Of a stretch of 64,000 bases of DNA, positions 58,768-64,000 are shown piece by piece. A model generated the notes under the pieces. That model made no database searches and was not told the DNA's origin. It worked only from the letters and a program-made list of their open reading frames with translations. A program made the position numbers and the translations under genes. Position 1 is the first letter of the stretch, and every line of letters begins with the position of its first letter. The DNA is taken from positions 248,001 to 312,000 of the forward strand of contig JAUPSS010000008.1 in the NCBI GenBank assembly GCA_040285825.1, given 5' to 3'. Origin of the DNA: Eukaryota sp. TZLM1-RC (lineage: Eukaryota; Protista; Metamonada: BaSk clade).

Positions 58768-59430
58768 TTCAATTCTATGAGACTTACACATACAATATTA
58801 TTAGTCTCTTACAGCATCGTGAACCTTGCTTCTAAAAATAATAAAATGTTTACAATTTAACAAATGAGTTAGTGTAATGTTTTGAGAACATTTACAAATT
58901 AAATTATGAGGTAAATTATCAGGCCAGATAAAGGAACGAAATTCCATATTCAAAGTCCAAGCAGAATCAGTTAAGAGAGTAGAATAAACTGGTGGAATGG
59001 TTGCTACTAAAGCAGAAGATGTACTATTGCACATATCTTGGTAAAAAATTTGCAAAAGTGGGATTCTTTTTCTTGGCCAAGCCAAGTCTAACATCAAAAT
59101 CCAAACTTTCAAAAATCTTTAACAATTTTGTTGAAGCTTTTTACAGCAAAATTGTAAACTAAAAAGAGATTGGTTTGGAATTTCTTGAATTGATTGGGGA
59201 CAACATTAGGTGCAGATTGGTGGTGGCAAATTTTCGAGCCTACAAGATAACTCATTCAAATACCGACAGTACATAAAAAAAGTATCTCAAAAAAAATACC
59301 GACTGCAACTGGGAACTACCAAATGAGAATCTTCAGGAAATCTACGAGAAAATTCATAAATAAAATTCTTGCATCCACCCAAAATTGCTGATTGACACAA
59401 AATAGAAGATTTAGTAAATACAACACCTAA
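58768..59430 (-). mobile_element. Degenerate internal fragment of RLE retrotransposon family 2
   Basis: High nucleotide similarity to 46310-46935. Confidence 0.85.
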
Positions 59431-59894
59431 CACTTGGAGTAAATTGTCTATTAATTTAAAATTGCCAGAGATTTTTCAATTGCTATTTAATGAAAATTGT
59501 TCGGAATTGTTTCGGTCAAATTTAATTACCACATTAGTTCTAAAAATTTGTTATTTCAGACTCTTACCTTTTTTTCCAGAAGTTCTTTGATATTTTCTTC
59601 TCGATATCTTTCTCTTTTGCGACAGTATTCAATTGATTCACTTCGAACAATTATTCATTCAATAGTAAGATGTTTGATTTTTTTTGTTTGAGGAATTGAG
59701 TTAATATTTGTAAAGCTCCACTGGTTTATTAGTTTATTTGAACCAAATCAAAATTTAAATTCTAAATTTGTATTTATTCATAAAATGGATTTCTTCCATT
59801 CATATTATTAAATTGTTTCACTGAAATAAACTTTGATTTCCATTTTTTAAAACATGATATTCAGCCCATCATAATTTAAAACAAAAAAATTATA

Positions 59895-60090
59895 TATGTT
59901 TTCTTTATTGCACAACACTTGATAAAATAAAATTAGAACTTATGGGACTAAATTCCATCGCAAATCTCCTCATTGTTTTTTCATGAAGAAATTTTTGGAA
60001 ATCATTCCACAAAGTTCCTGCTACTACTGACAGTCTTCCGTTTATGGAAAATGGAAGAACAATAAAAACAAAAAATATGTTTCTATCTGG
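59895..60090 (-). mobile_element. Degenerate 3' end of RLE retrotransposon family 1
   Basis: Similar to 19130-19450 (gtcttccgtttat.gaaaatgg; 3' UTR ending caataaa). Confidence 0.65.
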
Positions 60091-60715
60091 TTACCAGCTG
60101 CCACAACAACCACTTTTGGAGGTCAATTAACAAAACAGCTAATGTAGATATAATGTTGTACAGCTAATGCACGTGTACATTTTTAGCACTCAAAAAATGA
60201 ATAAACAATTTATTCTAAAACTTCCGGGACGAAATCCTCGAACGAACATCTATAAAAAGATGTTCAAAGTTGAGACGAAGAATTGTCTTTACAGTTGAAC
60301 ATATCCACTAAGACAACTTTGTCAAACTAGACCGATTCGTTGACTCATCTTCGAAAAAGGAAGTCTTTCAGCTAGTGGGATATAGTAAAATGTGACACAA
60401 CGTAGTACAAAGTCAAAAAGATCAGCGAAAGTAGGCACCATCAATAGTTAATGGAAGGAGAGCGGCATAGGTTGATGAGGAGAGGGAGTTGATAGAAAGA
60501 TCCACGATTGGAGCCACAGAAATTGAAAGAATTAGACCAGAGGGATTTTCAGGGAGAGTAAGGCTAGGGGGATTCTGAGGGGGATTATTATTGAACCAAA
60601 CAGACCAACACAGTAAAAATCAACCACAGAGTTGATGTGAAATTCTCAGTTTTGATAGCTTACTTGTTTGAGTCCTTAATTACAGAGACATCTCATTACA
60701 TCTCGTCATATATCA

Positions 60716-63665
60716 ATGAGTCCTCTTGATTCGATACTTTCGGATCTACAATCCAACAGTTTGTTTCACTGTTCAGCATTCCCACCTTAGCCATCAAAGA
60801 ACGTCTAAATGGCGTAGCAGAACTTCATGACTATCTTTCTTCGCAATCCATCGATGTTTGTCATCTACTCTTATTTACTCACCACAGGATGTTGATCTAC
60901 TCGAAGACTTTATTGTTGCCTTATCTGGCTGCATCTCTGATAACAATTTTCGTGTGTCCTCCTCCTCACTGGACTGCCTCACTATCTTAGTGTCCCAGTC
61001 TCCACACCAAATTTCTTCACATCTCTCCACCATACTCCCCCTTGCTGTACACCGTTTGGCTGACGCTAAACCTGCAGTTCGTGACGCTGCAACCTCATTC
61101 CTCTCTTCTACTCTCTCCATCCAATCTCCCCTATCTTTATGGGAACGGGTACATGGGGTTCCAGGAGGGACAAGTGCCAAGTCCAAGGAAGCTTTCATTA
61201 ACCTTTGCTTGGAAGTTTTTGAAGCTGATCCTCAATCAGGATGGGGGTCAGTAATCAGTGACGTAATCAAGTCAATAGTTTCACTTTTAACCGACAGAGT
61301 TTCCTCTGTTAGAGACATGGCAGTTGATGCAGTGTCTAAGTTTCTTTCATATCATTCAAAGGAAGTTCGTGGTGAATTGAGTAGGCAAAAAATTAGGGAT
61401 TCTTTGATTAAAGATATAGAACTTAATCAATCATCGTTAATCAATCAAAAGCGACCCTTAACGACTTCTCAATCAGTCAGGAATCTCAAAGACCAGTCCA
61501 AAACACCTTCCCATAGAAGAACAGCGTCTGCACCTCCAGTAGTTAAACCAAACATTTCTTTTGAATTACCTCAAGTATTTCCCCCTGGGGATAACCAAAT
61601 AGACCGAGAGTTTTCAAAACTGGGTCAAGTTATAGGTGATAAGAATGCAACCTGGACGACCAGATCTGAGAACCTAAAGACTGTTTCGGCTTGGTTCTTT
61701 TCCTTTCTTAAAACCAAAACTCAACCTTCTCACCACTTTTTAAAAGCCTTTAAGGATTTTTTGCCTTCACTTAGTGTTGGTTTATCAGATTTGCGTTCCT
61801 CATTAGCAAAGGAAGCTTGTCTGACTGTGTGTATGGCCGCAATCACTTTAAAAGAAAATTTTGAAGTGTTTCTTGAAAGTCTTTTGCCAACTCTTTTGAA
61901 ACTGACATTTGTTACAGTCACCATAATCAATTCTGCAGGTGATCAAGCTCTTCGCTGTGCGTTACTTCACTCGCCTCTCAGCAGTCGAACAATTACCACT
62001 CTCTGTGACGCCAGTGGTTCAAAGAATAGTGCTTGTCGGGCCAGGGTTGCGAGGTATCTGGGGTTAGTTTTAGCTGTGCATTCTCCCCCAAGTTTGGCGA
62101 GGTTTGAGGACAACCTAATGAATGCAATCACGGGACTCCTTTCAGACGCTGTTCCTGAATGTCGTACAGTAGCAAGAAGCTCCCTTTGGCTGCTTGAACG
62201 ACATTTCCCCGGCATTGCTGACGAAGTTTTGATGTCTATTGATAACCATCAAAGAAAAGCAGCTCTACAAGAAAAAAAGAAGATCAATAATAGGTTAAGT
62301 GGGGAAGCTTTGATTGATTTGGTTGGCGAGTTGTACATACCATCGCCTTCTGAAACAAAAGTGCCGATTCTTGGTTCACATTTAGGTTTGGATGATGAGT
62401 CCATATTGGCTCGGGGCACTATTGGTACAGCATCTTTTGGTTTGGATAGTGGAAGGATGGAACATGTTGAAAAAAGTCAAGAAAAAAGTCAAGAAAAACG
62501 AGGTCCTAGGAGAAAGGTAGCTTCTGCTAGAGTATTGCAGTCAAATCAACAATCAAATCAACAATCAAATCAACAATCAAATCAACAATCAAACCCTGAA
62601 TATTTCGACGATAGAAACCACTCTGAAACTCTTCGTCGTTTGTCAATGAGGTTCTCGTCCCAAGCCAGCTCAACGGCCCCGTCTGTTGACCGTTCACCAT
62701 CCCCTTCACCAATGCCAACTACCTCCCCTTCACCCAAACCAAACAGTTATGATGAACCATTAAGGAGTAACCCTGTAAGTAACAAGAAGAAAATAGTTTC
62801 TATGGTCTCTGAAGCATTGCCCCCACTGACCCCAAAAACACCAGCAATCGCTTTAAGGCAATCAAAATCATCTGGTTTCCGGTCAACAATCGACTCTCCC
62901 GTTGTAAATAACCAATCAGATTCGTCATCTCTACCAGATATCATTTCTCTATTAAAACAAGACTCGGAACAGCGGCGTAATGCTTGCACCAGGTTAATCT
63001 CTGTTTTGAATGATACAATTGATGAAAGCCAATGGTCTCTTCATTTTGGGCAGGTTGTTTTAAATTTACTAAATTTATTAGATGACCAAGATTCCACTGT
63101 ACGAGAACTTGGCCTATATACTATTAGGGAAATTGCCCGTAACGAAGATGTTTGTTTCTTTTTGAATGAGTTTTCAGAAATTGTTCTTCAAAAAGTAATC
63201 AATTTAACACGGGATTCTATAATAGAAGTTTCTGATGCTGCTGACGATTGTGCAGAAGAACTTTTACATTCAATAGATGCAACCACGGTGTTTCCTTTGC
63301 TGGTGCCTATCATTGTTTCCAGTGAAGAAGATGCTATTAAGGTTTGCTGTATACGTCTGTGTGGCTTGTGCTTGGCAAGCTTGGGTCCTAGCATTGAATA
63401 CCAATTCTCCAACGAATTGGCCTTGTTGAGTAGTGCTCTTCGATCAGAACTTAATCATGCAGATGCTTTGGTAAGGAAAACTGTGGTGTTTTGTTTTGTG
63501 GATCTCTACTTTGCTCTAGGCCCAAAGTTTTCAAGTCACATTCAGGGACTCAATCCCACTCAAGTACAACTGATCGGTGTTTATGTTCTCAAAGAGTGTA
63601 GGAGCAGAAATGAAGAATGTTTGGTTTCTGAATTGAAAGAATCTGTTCGTGGATTGAATTTTTAA
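60716..63665 (+). CDS. CLASP: CLASP (TOG/HEAT microtubule regulator); exons 60716-60758, 60791-60855, 60888-63665
   Basis: Splicing two 32-nt GT-AG introns gives ...TIKERLNGVAELHDYL...SDNNFRV (CLASP TOG1); DLRSSLAKEAC, DAVPECRTVAR and VRKTVVFCFVDLY motifs. Confidence 0.9.
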
Positions 63666-64000
63666 GTTAATTTTTAATTTTAAGGATTGATTTTATCAAA
63701 AGTTTACTATTAAATTTTGGTTTTGTAATTAATAAATTATTGCTATTTTAGTTTATGTAAGGTATCTATCATACTGTACAATACTTTTACTACCTCTCAA
63801 TTTTTTACAAATGACAAGACACTTTGGAAAAACGGTAATATGATTCTACAAAACAAAAAATAGAAAATCCAATAAATAAAAACAAGAAAATTATGAGGCT
63901 AAACAACAGTAGAGCTACTGATCTTCTATTCCTTGAGCAGAGATAGAGTCGCCACTGTTGGATGCGCGATGACTGCTAGGATGTCTTCTCTAACAGTTGA

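Noticed and set aside
60858-60887. TTG start for CLASP (likewise TTG 267 and TTG 44838)
   Set aside because: Eukaryotic genes; explained by introns or the window edge.
62539-62595. 12-bp repeat (caatcaaatcaa)
   Set aside because: Ordinary QSNQ low-complexity tract in the CLASP linker.
63890-64000. Possible gene end at the window edge
   Set aside because: Too short to support a call.

Overview
Eukaryotic, AT-rich, intron-poor genomic DNA, most likely from a flagellated protist (CFAP74-like gene, standard genetic code, tiny 32-45 nt spliceosomal introns). The species cannot be determined from the sequence alone. Ten host genes are present: a giant repeat-rich multi-TM surface protein (5' end outside the window), a TPR protein, CFAP74-like, WDR5-like, eIF4A, PRP22/DHX8, TFIIIC subunit 4-like, a zf-UBP+PH protein, Timeless/Tof1-like and CLASP. 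They sit as compact islands in nested, mostly decayed transposons. These include restriction-like-endonuclease (CRE/SLACS-type) non-LTR retrotransposons, Gypsy/chromovirus elements with very short LTRs and 4-bp TSDs, a gag-only tandem LTR array and hAT-type MITEs. There are also at least six divergent Fanzor (eukaryotic TnpB-like) nuclease remnants, none intact. One Fanzor is followed by a structured, pseudoknot-capable, GAAA-tetraloop sequence that looks like its omegaRNA. A ~155-bp sequence is shared by two unrelated genes and ends exactly at each ATG. All family calls come from motif recognition by eye, with no database searches.
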